Source: a virus. From it: a stretch of DNA of 64,000 nt. The position numbers and the translations under genes were made by a program. The notes below the pieces were generated by a model. That model was not told the DNA's origin. It saw only the letters and a list, made by a program, of their open reading frames with translations, and did no database searches. Below are positions 21,275-33,080 of the stretch, one piece after another. Location: the IMG/VR virus record IMGVR_UViG_3300031541_000012, positions 1-64,000 of that record, one strand, 5' to 3'. Within the stretch, counting starts at the first letter, position 1. Each line of letters starts with the position of its first letter.

Positions 21275-21890
21275 CATCCACGGAAAGTGGACAAGCTATG
21301 TCGAACTGATCCAAAAATACAAAGAAGTTGGCGTTGAGCGCAGTATCCAGGTAGGCGACTATGGTTGGGGCTTTGAGCCTACTCAAAGTATCCGCTGCAC
21401 CAATCTGATGGACAACCTCGATGACCTCGGCGGTGATCACAAATACTTCCGTGGCAATCACGATAATCCTGGTATGTGTGCTGAACACATTCACTGCCTT
21501 CCAGATGTTTACACTGATCCTGAGATCGGTCTCATGAGCGTCTGTGGTGCTTGGAGTATTGACCACGCTTGGCGTACACCTGACGTTGACTGGTGGCACG
21601 ACGAAGAACTCAGCTATGATGAACTGGATGCAGCTATCCAGACATACGAGGAGTTCAAGCCTCGTGTTATGTTGAGCCATGATGGTCCTGAGAGTGTGAT
21701 TGGCCATATGTTCCCTTGGTATCGCCAGGAGTTTAACAGCCGCACACGCAACGCACTGGACAACATGCTTGCTATCCATCAGCCTGAGCTCTGGGTGTTT
21801 GGTCATTGGCACACTGATTGTGTTTACCATCGTGATGACACAAAATTTGTGTGCCTTGAAGAACTTGGCAGCATGGTAATTGACGTATGA
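21249..21890 (+). CDS. calcineurin-like metallophosphoesterase
   Basis: GDIHG, VGD, GNHD, SH, GHWH. Confidence 0.9.
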   Translation: MSKLLLIGDIHGKWTSYVELIQKYKEVGVERSIQVGDYGWGFEPTQSIRCTNLMDNLDDLGGDHKYFRGNHDNPGMCAEHIHCLPDVYTDPEIGLMSVCGAWSIDHAWRTPDVDWWHDEELSYDELDAAIQTYEEFKPRVMLSHDGPESVIGHMFPWYRQEFNSRTRNALDNMLAIHQPELWVFGHWHTDCVYHRDDTKFVCLEELGSMVIDV

Positions 21891-22863
21891 GTAAGCATAT
21901 CATACCCAATGCCAACAGTATGCCTTATATCAGCAACTGTTATTTGCCTGCATCTGCTCAGGCGGGTACAGTATGGTTTGACAGTAGCACACAATCAATG
22001 CAAGTATATGATGGCAGCACCTGGGTATCACTTCAACCTCCTAAGCCTATGCTAAGTTGGGAAGCTGAGGAAGCACTGGATAAAATTATACCAATGCTCA
22101 ATGGTCAGCCACTCATAGTTGACATGGCTGATAAATATCCTCTAGTAGAGGAAGCACTAGGGCAGCTAGAAGTTGCACTTAAGTTGTGTCAAAATCTTGA
22201 TGGCGACGAATGAAACATCGTTTTTACCAGTGATATGGGCAGGTATCAAAACTGCACTGCTAATTATTCCCACGATCCTAACCATTTGGCTCACTCTGCA
22301 GGTTAGAGCAGTGGATCGTGAACCTGAAATCGTATGCCTTTCCGAAGAGCATTGTGCAATGGAAGTGAAGGGTGTATGGTACCGAATCTCTGGTGTGATT
22401 GATATGGAAACTATCGTCCCACAAGAGTTTAAACTGCGCGATGTAATTCGCGAAGCACAAGAAGCAGCACCAACTGAGCAGGAGTAAATGATGAGTGACT
22501 CACTTATGGAAGGCGTCATGAGAACGCTGGATCGAATTCCTATCAAGGACAAGAAGCATGGAAAATGATCTCAACTATAAGGACCTACAGCGTCGTTACA
22601 AGCAACTTGCAGAAGCAATGGGTGTTAACGCTGATATGGTAGAACATGATAATCTTCTAAACGTTGCACTTATACTAAACAAGATCAAGACAGCTATTTC
22701 GCACGACCGCTATAAAGATACCGGTGTCTACTTCATCACAGGTGAAATGGGCGAAAAAGACGATGTCGGCTTGCCAGAACAAATTCTTATCTGTCCGACA
22801 CATGGATTAGCAGGCTTTGCAGTGTACAAAAAAGTAAAAAATTATACTGAACCTGGCTATTAA
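21887..22863 (+). CDS. three hypothetical proteins (21887-22213, 22200-22487, 22558-22863)
   Basis: packed ORFs; first ends EEALGQLEVALKL. Confidence 0.65.
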
Positions 22864-22866
22864 GGC

Positions 22867-22915
22867 TTGACAAACCAAGGCACTTTGCTTATATTATTAT
22901 AGTAAGCAAAGGAGA
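22867..22915 (+). promoter_or_regulatory. conserved early promoter repeat, copy 7
   Basis: TTGACAAACCAAGGCACTTTGCTTATATT...GTAAGCAAAGGAG. Confidence 0.92.
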
Positions 22916-22919
22916 TGTT

Positions 22920-23813
22920 ATGAAAAACCTGCTCACCACCGCCGCTGTTATTGCTGTTACTGTTACTTCCGCAGTTGCAGGTAGCCACCAAATTCGTGTT
23001 GATGGCAGCACTTATGCCAGCACCAGCCCCAGCCCTAATAGTGCTGAGGGCCACCGCGTGTGGACTTGCACACCCACTCACGTCGAGAGCGGCGAGTGTG
23101 TTGCAGTTGACCAGTCATACTATGACCAGCAGGCGGTCATCCAGCATGGTCCCTGGAACATTCAGCTTTTGACCGGTACGCAAGATAGCGACGGTGCTGA
23201 AGTTCAAATTCTTGCCTTCCGTGGCGGCATTAGCAACGGTGTTGCAAGTGCAATTGACAAAGCTTTCACTGACAATCCCAATGTCGAAACCATTGTGTTG
23301 AGCAGCACTGGCGGTGACATTCAAGAGTCCATGCGTTTGTACGATGTGTTCCGTGAGCATGAAGTCACTGCATGGGTCCCTGAAGGACGTATGTGCATGA
23401 GCGGTTGTGCTGAAGCCCTGCTTGGTGCAAGCGAGATTATTATTACTGGTGTTGTTGGCTTCCACGCCGCAGCATACACCGGCAACATGTTCACTGCCAC
23501 GATGGACAGTGATGAACTTGTCACTACACTGAGCAATCAAGTGCAGAAAGACATCAGCATGTTGCAAGCCCGCCGCCAACTTGGTGGCATGGGTGGCGAA
23601 TTTAACATTGACGTCGCTGCCGCTGAAGGTGAATTTTTGATGTTCACCAGCAGCGCCCAGCTCGACGAATACCGCAATATCGATTGCTTTGACTGTGTCG
23701 ATCATGAACCTCTGCTAATTACGGTTGATGAGGCTCAAGAGATGGACGCAGGTGACAAAGTTGAAACCGGCATTACGATGACCAATCGTGAAACGCTGGC
23801 AACTACCGGCTAA
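22920..23813 (+). CDS. exported ClpP/crotonase-fold protein (COG3904-like)
   Basis: signal peptide; IVLSSTGG, CMSGC, GFH motifs. Confidence 0.6.
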   Translation: MKNLLTTAAVIAVTVTSAVAGSHQIRVDGSTYASTSPSPNSAEGHRVWTCTPTHVESGECVAVDQSYYDQQAVIQHGPWNIQLLTGTQDSDGAEVQILAFRGGISNGVASAIDKAFTDNPNVETIVLSSTGGDIQESMRLYDVFREHEVTAWVPEGRMCMSGCAEALLGASEIIITGVVGFHAAAYTGNMFTATMDSDELVTTLSNQVQKDISMLQARRQLGGMGGEFNIDVAAAEGEFLMFTSSAQLDEYRNIDCFDCVDHEPLLITVDEAQEMDAGDKVETGITMTNRETLATTG

Positions 23814-23825
23814 GTAAAGGCTACA

Positions 23826-25682
23826 ATGACAAAAGAAGATTTCAAAATCCTGAGTGCCCGTGACCATGTAAGAATGCGCACGGGCATGTACTTGGGTAGC
23901 ACTGCAAAAGAGAGCCAGGCTCGGTTTGTGCTTGGTGAATGGCGCAACGTAGAGTTTGTGCCCGCTTTGCTCAAAATGGTTGACGAGATTCTGGACAACT
24001 GTATTGACGAAGCTATCCGCACAAAATTCAAACATGCAAACGAGATAAGTGTCAATGCGCAAAAAAATCGAGTCACTATTACTGATAATGGTCGTGGTAT
24101 TCCTTTAGATCTTGTACGGGACACAGAAACTGAGGAAGAAATGTCGCGTCCTGTTGCAGCATGGACCCGTGTACGTGCTGGAACTAGCTTTGATGACGAT
24201 CGCGTTACTATTGGCGCTAATGGCGTAGGTTCAGCCTGCGTCAACTTCATGAGCAAGCTGTTTATTGGCAACACATGGAGTGGAGGCAAGAGTGTAGAGG
24301 TCCGTAGCACAAACGGCGCCGAGGCAACCATGGTCACTGAGGGCAAGCAAAAAGGCAGCGGTACGTCAGTTGAGTTTCGCCCTGACTTTTCATTGCTGGG
24401 CGTAGACAATCTGAACGAGGGCGATCATTATGAACTGATCCACGACAGACTGAACAGCCTGCAGATTGCTTTCCCTGAGATCAAATTCAAGCTTAACGGC
24501 AAGCTGGTCAAGGCGCGCAACGTTACACAATACGCCAAGTTGTTTGCTGGTGATGATGGTAGCAGTGTGGTTATGAGCCGTGACGATGTTGTGATGATCA
24601 TCACACACAGCGGAGACGGCTTCCGCAGCAACGGTTACATCAACGGCGTCAACACACGCCTAGGTGGTGCATACAACGACTATGTGATGAACGGCGTTGC
24701 TGACGAGCTCATGCGCATGATCAAGCGCAAGTACAAAGTAGAGGTTAACCGTGCTACCATACGTAGCGGGCTGATCTTTGTGCTGTTCGCACGTAACTTT
24801 GTCAACCCACAGTATGATGCGCAAACCAAAGAGCGCCTCACCAGCTCACAGAGCGAGGTTCGTAGGCACTATGAAGCGTGTGACCCACTAACATTTGAGC
24901 AGATCGCCAAGAAGGTAATGGCGGCTGACGATATTATTGAGCCCATTGTTGAGGCTCAAGTTGCAAAGAAGGCGGCCGCTGACAAACGCGCTGCTACACT
25001 TGCACAAAAGAAATTGCGCCGTGTTAAGGTACAGAAACACGTCGCTGCCAGCGGCAAGAACGCCACGTTGTTCCTTTGTGAGGGCGACAGTGCGATGGGC
25101 TTCTTGCTTAAGGTACGAGATCCAAAGACGGTAGGCGGCTTCCCACTGCGTGGTGTTGTTATGAACACCTTCGACAAGAAGCCAGCTGATGTCCTAAAGA
25201 ACAAGGAATTGAGTGAACTGATTGCAGTACTCAACCTTGACATTAATGATCCAGACAGCGTAGACCGTATGGACTACGATAAGATCGCTACCCTCGCTGA
25301 TGCTGACCACGACGGTAACCACATCAGCGGGCTCCTGCTAGCGTTCTTCTACAAGTTCTGGCCCAGGCTCTTTACAGAGGGCCGTATCGCAATAACGCGC
25401 ACCCCTATCATGATCAGCACTAAAGCCAAGCAAACAAAATGGTTTTACAGCTACGATGAAGCTAGGGAGTTCAAGCGCAAGAACACGGGTTGGCATCACC
25501 GTTATATCAAGGGACTTGCATCCTTGACAGAAGAAGAATACGATGTCATTATCAACCAGCCGCGATTTGATGTCATTGAGATCGACAATGACTTGTGGTT
25601 CAATGTCATGTTCGGGAAAGATTCTGAGCCGCGGAAGCAGTGGTTGAAGGATCAAACGCCGGAGATGATCAATGAGCCCTGA
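23826..25682 (+). CDS. type IIA topoisomerase large subunit (T4 gp39+gp60-like, GyrB/ParE)
   Basis: EILDN, DNGRGIP, GANGVG, EGDSA, PLRG, DADHDG, YIKGL. Confidence 0.95.
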   Translation: MTKEDFKILSARDHVRMRTGMYLGSTAKESQARFVLGEWRNVEFVPALLKMVDEILDNCIDEAIRTKFKHANEISVNAQKNRVTITDNGRGIPLDLVRDTETEEEMSRPVAAWTRVRAGTSFDDDRVTIGANGVGSACVNFMSKLFIGNTWSGGKSVEVRSTNGAEATMVTEGKQKGSGTSVEFRPDFSLLGVDNLNEGDHYELIHDRLNSLQIAFPEIKFKLNGKLVKARNVTQYAKLFAGDDGSSVVMSRDDVVMIITHSGDGFRSNGYINGVNTRLGGAYNDYVMNGVADELMRMIKRKYKVEVNRATIRSGLIFVLFARNFVNPQYDAQTKERLTSSQSEVRRHYEACDPLTFEQIAKKVMAADDIIEPIVEAQVAKKAAADKRAATLAQKKLRRVKVQKHVAASGKNATLFLCEGDSAMGFLLKVRDPKTVGGFPLRGVVMNTFDKKPADVLKNKELSELIAVLNLDINDPDSVDRMDYDKIATLADADHDGNHISGLLLAFFYKFWPRLFTEGRIAITRTPIMISTKAKQTKWFYSYDEAREFKRKNTGWHHRYIKGLASLTEEEYDVIINQPRFDVIEIDNDLWFNVMFGKDSEPRKQWLKDQTPEMINEP

Positions 25683-25817
25683 GGCAAAAGCTATCAAACA
25701 AAATACGCTTGAGCGTTACCGTTACTGTGTCGAAGACCGCGTCACAGGATTCGATGAGAGGCTGCGAGAAGCAGAGAAAAAACCAGACATTTATTGGGAA
25801 GAACAAGCACAAAGGAC

Positions 25818-25867
25818 TTGACAAACCAAGGCACTTTGCTTATATTAATATGGTAAGCAACGGAGAT
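25818..25867 (+). promoter_or_regulatory. conserved early promoter repeat, copy 8
   Basis: TTGACAAACCAAGGCACTTTGCTTATATT...GTAAGCAACGGAG. Confidence 0.92.
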
Positions 25868-25872
25868 ACCTT

Positions 25873-27453
25873 ATGTCGATTCGTTTGGAAGACTATGTTG
25901 TAGACCAGCACGGTGACATCAAGTTGCTGGATGGTTATCGTCTTGTGTACCTCGACGAAGCCGGTATTTACGGTGATGTTGACCCCTACAGTGATGAGGG
26001 TATTGAACTGTTCCGTGCATGGTTGGTAGAGGCTGGCGTTTCGTCATATTCCCGCACACGTGAAGATTTCTTTATGTTTGAGGCCTGGGCCCAAGCTGAA
26101 GAGGAAGGCAACAACTACCTTGTTGTGGAGGATTTGTCATGAAACTCCCCAGTCTCACCTGGCTGCAACGGCGTCGTTTTAAAACTGCACTACGCACAAT
26201 CAACGAGCAAGGAGAATTAACGTTTTCTCAAATAAGTTGTATTGTTGGCAATCCAGTCAAAAATGCACTTGCATTTGAGCTTGCTCATTCAATTGGTGAA
26301 GGCAAGATCACGGTTCGTTATGATGCGGTACAAGAAGGCATTTTTGTCGAATCACAAACATCAATTTTGGACTTCAGCAACAGCATCGATGTGTTTAATG
26401 ATGTTGAAGCTGTTTATATGAAGAAGGTGTAATTATGACTGACCTTATTAACATGCCCGCAGACCAGGTGCGTGAACTGGCAAAAACGGATCCTGATGCA
26501 TTCGTTGAAAGCTTTGCACAAATGCTTTACGATCATGCAGAACGCGCAGGCGATGCTGAAGACAACGCAATTACCGAAGCAATCAAGGATCGTTATAACA
26601 CCAAGATGCAGACCTACTTTGGTGCTGCTGAATATGTTCGCGGAATTTTGAGGGACTGAAATGGCTTATATTACGACACTCAGCCCTAATGACTTGCGCA
26701 ACCATTTGATGATGGAAATGCGTATTGAACGAAGTGGTCGACTTGATGAATTCAAAACGCCATATGGCAAACGAGTTTTTTTGTTCGCACTCAAAGAATA
26801 TCTTGAGGAGCGTGGCTGCAATACTGTTCCTGACGATCCACGTACCCGTTACCAATATGTTGTAACTGACACTGATATTGACACTGTATTGTCGCGTGTC
26901 TCAGAGGAGTTCAACCAATGAAATCTTATGAAGAAGCCGTTTATACTGTTGCAGAACAGTATGCACACGAGGCACACGACAGCATGTTCGCTCGCGTCAA
27001 TGCCGACAAGGTAGCGATGATTGCATTTATCTTTGACAAAGATTCTGGTGATGTATCCAAAGACGTTATGGGTACGTTTGTCGACAATCGTGAGGTATTT
27101 TGGAGGTGAAACTTTACGGATATATTTTGCCGGTAAGCGTCAACCTCCGAATAGTTCAAGAACGTGTTCGCAAGATGGTTGCGGACTCCAATAACGATAT
27201 TGGTGAATGTATTTGGCAAGCGTCTGACGGTCGTAACCTGAAACTTCACGAAATGTCTGATTTGCATGTAAATAACTGCATCACATTTCATCTTGACAAT
27301 ATCTCCCTTGGTAACTATCATCATAATGAAGTATTGACGGCACTTACAAGTGCCTTTTTGATGCTGGTATACCGCCAACATCGCATAAGAAACAAAAGCT
27401 GGACATTGGGCACTAAGCTCAAAGCCTACCATAATGAGCCAATAGAAGAATGA
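25873..27453 (+). CDS. six small hypothetical early proteins between the topoisomerase subunits (25873-26142, 26139-26432, 26435-26659, 26661-26921, 26918-27109, ~27106-27453)
   Basis: coupled ORFs. Confidence 0.7.
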
Positions 27454-28772
27454 CAACAAAACAATATCAATTGAGCGACGTCGCAGAAAACGAAATGCTT
27501 AACTTCGCCAAGTATACAGTTGCTAGCCGTGCAATCCCTAGCATGATTGACGGGCTCAAGCCCGTGCAGAGATTTTATCTTTACTCAAGCCTGCAAAACA
27601 GCCGCCGTGACTTCAAGAAGGTCAGCGCAGTGAGCGGCGTGTTGAGTGACTATGGTTACAACCACGGCGAGGTTAGTGCAGCAGGCGCTGGCCAACTCAT
27701 GGCTGCGACCTGGAAGAACAACGTGTGCCTTGTGGAAGGACGTGGTAGCTTTGGTACTCGCCAAGTGCAAGAGGCTGGCGCGGCGCGTTATGTCTACACC
27801 AAGGTAAGCGACAACTTCGACAAATATATCAAGGACCTTGAGCTCAGCCCTGAGCATGAGGACCCAGAGCATCAGCCTCCGGCATTTTATATTCCTGTTC
27901 TGCCCCTTGTACTACTCAATGGGGCGTCAGGCATTGCGACAGGCTTTGCGACAAACATTCTGCCGCGCAGTGAAGCTGACGTTACTGCATACATACGCAC
28001 ACTGGTACAGGGCAAGCAACCCCGCCGTGATATTGCTGTTGAGTTTCCCGACTTCCGTGGTACCACAACATACGATGCCACAAATGATCGCTATGTCTGC
28101 AAGGGCCTGTTCCGCAAGGTTGGCAAAACAAAACTGATCATCGAAGAGATCCCTTACGGATTTGATCGTGAAAGCTACATCAAGGTGTTGGACGATCTGG
28201 AAGACGGCAGCCTCATCTACAGCTACGAAGACCAGACTGATAGTCGTGGATTCCGCTTTGAGGTAACACTCAAGCAACAGACATCTGCTAAGTGGAAGGA
28301 CGCAGAGATTGAGCGGAAGTTCAAACTCAGCAAAAACCACAGCGAAAACCTTAACGTGATTGGTTGGAACGGGGAGTTGCGTGAGTACACTGATGTTCGT
28401 GACATTATCTGTGACTTCGTGGACTTCCGCCTAGGCACACTCAAACAGCGCATAGCTCGTGAGATTGCTGAACACACTGAACTGTTGCGTTGGCTTAAAG
28501 TCAAGATTGAGTTTATTGAGGGTGTGTTGGACGACAAGATCACATTCAAAGGCAAGACACGCAAGCAAGTCAGCGAGCAAGTGATCAAGGTGACAAGTGC
28601 CCTGGACAGCGACGTTAGCCGTCTGCTTGCACTCAACATTCTCAGCCTTACTAAGGAGCAAGTGGTCGCACTCCGGAAAGAGATTGCAGAAGCCAAGAAG
28701 TCTCTTACTTACTGGAAAAAGACTACAGCCACTGACCAATACATAGAAGACCTGGACGAACTCGATGCCTGA
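27450..28772 (+). CDS. type IIA topoisomerase medium subunit (T4 gp52-like, GyrA/ParC)
   Basis: RAIPSMIDGLKPVQR, YxHG, G.GSFG, AARY, NGASGIATGF. Confidence 0.95.
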   Translation: MTTKQYQLSDVAENEMLNFAKYTVASRAIPSMIDGLKPVQRFYLYSSLQNSRRDFKKVSAVSGVLSDYGYNHGEVSAAGAGQLMAATWKNNVCLVEGRGSFGTRQVQEAGAARYVYTKVSDNFDKYIKDLELSPEHEDPEHQPPAFYIPVLPLVLLNGASGIATGFATNILPRSEADVTAYIRTLVQGKQPRRDIAVEFPDFRGTTTYDATNDRYVCKGLFRKVGKTKLIIEEIPYGFDRESYIKVLDDLEDGSLIYSYEDQTDSRGFRFEVTLKQQTSAKWKDAEIERKFKLSKNHSENLNVIGWNGELREYTDVRDIICDFVDFRLGTLKQRIAREIAEHTELLRWLKVKIEFIEGVLDDKITFKGKTRKQVSEQVIKVTSALDSDVSRLLALNILSLTKEQVVALRKEIAEAKKSLTYWKKTTATDQYIEDLDELDA

Positions 28773-30027
28773 TGATCTTTCACTTGCAATGACTGATGTG
28801 ATGTATGACATCATGCGTGAGGATGCCGACGCGCTCAAAAGCATAACTTTTAATGGCGACAGGTATATCCTGTTTGATTTTGATGACCGTTATGATACTG
28901 ATACCTCATATATGTGGATCATGGATTGGGTCTATCGACATGGAAACTTTGCCTGCGCACTGCCCCAAGAGCCATACTGGCTTGGTGCGGTATTGCGCTC
29001 ACCAGGCAACCCAGACCATATGGTACGTATGGAGGTACTTGACGACGAAGTGTTTGTCATGTTAAAGTTACAATATGGCTAAACAAACATATCAATATAC
29101 CAAACGCCGACACCGCAGAAAGTATGCGTTGCATCCGGCACAATTCAATCCTAATATTTGGATTGATGGTCCTGGCATGTATGCTGATTGTCCTCATCTT
29201 AAGGGTCTGGAATTCAGTGAGAAACAAGAGTCGGACTGGAGCATCAGACTGGCAAAAATACTGCGCGATGAGTGGAACATTAATGCCAGCAACCTAACAC
29301 TTGAATGGCAGGAAGAACATCGTCGTTACAAATTGAACTTCAATGACGACGAAGAATTTATCATGGTAAAATTGATACATGGCTAGATTAAAAGTGGAGG
29401 GAGGGCGAAAATTGCCCCGACAACCTGGAAACATTGACATGGTCAAGACCCGGCTCTTAGACACATGGCCCAATGGTCGTCCATTCAAGCATGGTGCTAT
29501 GGAAATACATTTCATCTTCCGGCCAGCCAGTCGTATCAGTGCTGAGGCTGATGTTGAAGCGGCAATGGAAGATTTACTTGGCTACACGCGCGGCAAGGAA
29601 TACCATATCCCAGGTTGGAATTATCCGTCCGCATGTGATCGCGGTGAGTTTTGGAAGCAGCACCTCACGCTAACCTTCAATGACGACGAAACATTTGTAA
29701 TGACCAAACTGATGTGGGGAATCAATGATACGTCCGGAGATTAGAGTACTGACTGATCACAGTCCTGAACAACCAAATAGAGTTTTCTTTGAGTATCATT
29801 GTCAAACCAATAACGATGCTTGGTTGTGTGTTAAGTGTATCATGGAATTTTTAGACTTGCATGATATTGATTACACAGTACATGCATTCCAGGCCAATCA
29901 AACACTCATGGAAATACCGTCACCTGAAGATCGTACAATATTACGACTGGCGTTTCCTCTTGCAATTGATGAACGTCGTGATGATAGCATGGATGGCTAC
30001 AGCGGCACAAGTATATTGATAATTTAA
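28765..30027 (+). CDS. four tandem KL-motif family proteins (28765-29082, 29075-29386, 29379-29744, 29725-30027)
   Basis: DDEVFVMLKLQYG, DDEEFIMVKLIHG, DDETFVMTKLMWG, PEDRTILRLAFP. Confidence 0.75.
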
Positions 30028-30034
30028 GGCGCAC

Positions 30035-30075
30035 TTGACACGTTGGACTGAATAGTGTATTGTGATACAAAGGAG
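30035..30075 (+). promoter_or_regulatory. sigma70-type promoter
   Basis: TTGACA-17-TATTGT, AAAGGAG. Confidence 0.7.
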
Positions 30076-30192
30076 AAATCATGAGGTTTCTTTTATTTGC
30101 AGCGTTGTTGGCATTGCCGGCATGTGATGCAAGCTTTAACTGTTGGTGGCCTGAGAGCGACGGGACAGTTTTAAACGAGGTAATATGTAAAA

Positions 30193-30732
30193 ATGACAAC
30201 TTGGGCAATGGTAGACCTTGAGACTACCGCAACCATGTATGACGCTCGTGTTCTGACAATCGGCGCAGTAAAGTTTGACCCGTTCAGCTGGCGTGATACC
30301 CACAGCGATTTCTATATGCGTCTTGAGATTGAAGACCAGGAAGCCTGTGGACGTCGGGATGACCCCAACACACTTGATTGGTGGGGCCGTCAGGATCCAG
30401 CAGCAATTGAAGAAGCATTTGGCGACAATGGCGACCGTGTTGCGGTTATTGATATGCTCCGTGCACTCAAAAAGTGGTACGTGGGCTGCGATGGCATGTG
30501 GAGCCAGGGCAACATGGATATCGTTATACTAGAGCACATGTGCGATACGTATGGTGAGCCAATCCCATGGGCGCACTGGCAAGTGGGCGATAGCCGCAGT
30601 ATCTTGCGCCGTATGGCTACAGATCCGCGCGGAGAAGCGCCCAAGTTTTTGGCGCACCATGCACTGGAAGACGCAAAGGCGCAAGTATGGGCTTGCCGTA
30701 AAGCGTTCCAGCATTTTAATATGACACGATGA
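30193..30732 (+). CDS. DEDDh 3'-5' exonuclease (DexA-like)
   Basis: MVDLET, IGAVKF, MDIVIL, HHALEDA. Confidence 0.85.
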   Translation: MTTWAMVDLETTATMYDARVLTIGAVKFDPFSWRDTHSDFYMRLEIEDQEACGRRDDPNTLDWWGRQDPAAIEEAFGDNGDRVAVIDMLRALKKWYVGCDGMWSQGNMDIVILEHMCDTYGEPIPWAHWQVGDSRSILRRMATDPRGEAPKFLAHHALEDAKAQVWACRKAFQHFNMTR

Positions 30733-31413
30733 GTATTGACTGTCCAGGATCAGGTGGCATGCCACCTTATGTAGATAACGGATCAGTTGGATTGCGAATT
30801 CGACTACGATGGCACGACGATGGCGATGAAGGCGGCACGATGCAAGTATGGCACACCAATCCAACGCGCCATTATGAAATGCCAGTTCAACTTGGTCACC
30901 GTACCAACTTCAGTAAAAACTTACAACTAATGATCGGTGAACAAGTCACAACAGAATATTTTATAACTGAGTCCAATCGAAACCACACAGTGTTTGACTT
31001 TCCTAACAATGAGGATTTTACGCTGGCAAAGCTTTTGTATGACGGACCTAATCTACGTGACCTCGTAAACAATTATATTGAAAATTAGATCATGGAAGAT
31101 ATGTTACGTGAACGTTCTGGGAGTTAATACACATCAGGAGAGCAGTTACGTTAGCATTTATTTTCGTGACCATCTAGCAACATACATGACTGACTCCAGG
31201 AAGGCGCGTTGCCACTGCTCACAAATTGAAGTCTGGCTTGAAAACACGCATGGTATCAAACACACTGAATACATTATGCGTGACGTGTTTAGCCAGCCCA
31301 AAAGTCGACAAGGACACATACCAAATTTTTCATACACATTGCTCGACATGCATGATGAAGAAAATATCGTAGCACTAAAAACCTTTTATCCAGAATATCG
31401 AAGAGGAATCTAA
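30729..31413 (+). CDS. two KL-motif family proteins (30729-31088, 31078-31413)
   Basis: [14 protein letters not shown]; [13 protein letters not shown]. Confidence 0.65.
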
Positions 31414-31414
31414 T

Positions 31415-32032
31415 ATGACACTAGTCCCAATGGTAGTTGAGCGCACCAGCGAAGGTGAACGCGCATTTGACATTTACAGCCGCTTGCTCCGTGACCGCAT
31501 CGTAATGCTCAATGGTCCAGTGGAAGACACTATGGCAAACTTGGTTGTTAGCCAGTTGCTCTTCCTGGAGAGTGAGAATCCAGACAAGGACATTACGATG
31601 TTTGTCAACAGCCCAGGCGGTGTTGTTACCGCAGGACTGAGCATCTACAACACCATGCAGTATATCCGTCCTGACGTCGCCACAGTGGTTACAGGACAAG
31701 CGGCAAGCATGGGTAGCTTCCTAGCGCAAGCTGGTGCTAAAGGCAAGCGCAGTATGTTGCCAGAGAGTCGTCACATGATTCACCGCGTCAGCAGCGGCGT
31801 TCATGGCACCAGTGGCAGCGTTTATGTTCAGGACCTTGAGATGGAAGACATGCAACGCCATCTCGCTGAAAGTCACAACTTGAATGATCGCTTGACTGAG
31901 ATTTACGTCAAGCATAACAGCGCAGGCAAGAAGCTCAAAGAGGTCAAAGAGACCATGAAGTTTGACACCTTCCTCAGCGCCAAAGATGCAGTTGAATGGG
32001 GCTTGGCTGACAGCATTATCGAAAGCAGGTAA
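31415..32032 (+). CDS. clpP: ATP-dependent Clp protease proteolytic subunit
   Basis: LVPMVVE, DIYSRLL, NSPGG, AASMG (Ser), MIH (His), D triad. Confidence 0.95.
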   Translation: MTLVPMVVERTSEGERAFDIYSRLLRDRIVMLNGPVEDTMANLVVSQLLFLESENPDKDITMFVNSPGGVVTAGLSIYNTMQYIRPDVATVVTGQAASMGSFLAQAGAKGKRSMLPESRHMIHRVSSGVHGTSGSVYVQDLEMEDMQRHLAESHNLNDRLTEIYVKHNSAGKKLKEVKETMKFDTFLSAKDAVEWGLADSIIESR

Positions 32033-32239
32033 CATGGAAGAGCATACCCGTCAAGTTCAAGATATGGGACTGGGTTGTGGTTTTTATCTGTGCTGACATT
32101 ATTTCCAGTGCATTGTTTGCAGTCCTGGCTGGATCATTTGGTATGATTCTTTGGATGGCACTTGCCGCGGCATTTTGGTGGTTACACGAAGAAACTGTCA
32201 AGGATCAGGTCCGAAAGGGACTGCGATAAGGAGACTTTT

Positions 32240-32446
32240 ATGGATAGAAAAGAACAGCTATTTGACTTGGCAAAAGGATATGCCAATACATATGGCACTG
32301 ACACATTAACACGTATCATTCTTGAAGAGCGTGGTGAGTTGACTGAAGAACGTGCCAAAGAAATTGACGATAGTGGACTTAAACTGGAAGAACTTATCCG
32401 CAAGACTGTTCGGATGGGTTTGAATACTGAAAGCACAACTAAATAA
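32240..32446 (+). CDS. hypothetical protein
   Basis: SD AAGGAG. Confidence 0.65.
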   Translation: MDRKEQLFDLAKGYANTYGTDTLTRIILEERGELTEERAKEIDDSGLKLEELIRKTVRMGLNTESTTK

Positions 32447-32452
32447 CACAGT

Positions 32453-33007
32453 ATGAAAATAATACTCTATGTCAAACAACACAATGTAACCAAACTGAAA
32501 TACTTTGGCAAAACAACCAAAGACGATCCATACGGCTACAAGGGTTCAGGAAAGTATTGGCGTAAACATTTGAAGAAACATGGTAACGATGTCACAACTT
32601 TAGAGATTTTTGAATTTGATGATATTGAATCTTGCGAAACATTTGCGCTTGAATTTTCTCACAAACATAACATTGCTGAATCGACTGAATGGGCTAATTT
32701 AATACTAGAGAATGGTCGAAATGGTGTTCCAACAGGAACACCAGGTCTCAAAGGCAAAGATAGTCCAACCTATGGTATGACTGGTGAACTTAATGGGTTT
32801 TATGGCAAGAAGCACACACCTGAAAATTTAGCATTGTTTCGTTCTTTTACTAGAGGGAAAAATGCAAACGCTAAACGTTGCCGAACACCATTGGGTGAAT
32901 TTGAATGTACTAAAGATGCAGCAGATGCACACAAATTACATTTCGCAACCATAAGAAAATGTATTCATAATGGTAAACCTGATTATGAATACATACAAGA
33001 GGTCTAG
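32453..33007 (+). mobile_element. free-standing GIY-YIG homing endonuclease with NUMOD3 motif
   Basis: LYVKQH...KYFGKT, YKGSG, N-L; NGFYGKKHT; own late promoter TAAATA 32440. Confidence 0.8.
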
Positions 33008-33080
33008 AGCTCGTCCCTCTTAAAAGATTCCGCGCACATGCGTAGATTAATGCCCTTATTCTACGCAAATCTTACGGAGA
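32997..33080 (+). ncRNA. preQ1-I-like riboswitch candidate in queD leader
   Basis: AAGAGG/CCTCTT stem, 13-nt loop ending in C, A-rich tail; competing AAGATT/AATCTT helix next to the SD. Confidence 0.6.

Noticed and set aside
32200-32230. GAAA-tetraloop hairpin as a group I intron element around the GIY-YIG gene
   Set aside because: It lies within a frameshifted membrane ORF; no intron core seen and flanking genes are not split exons.
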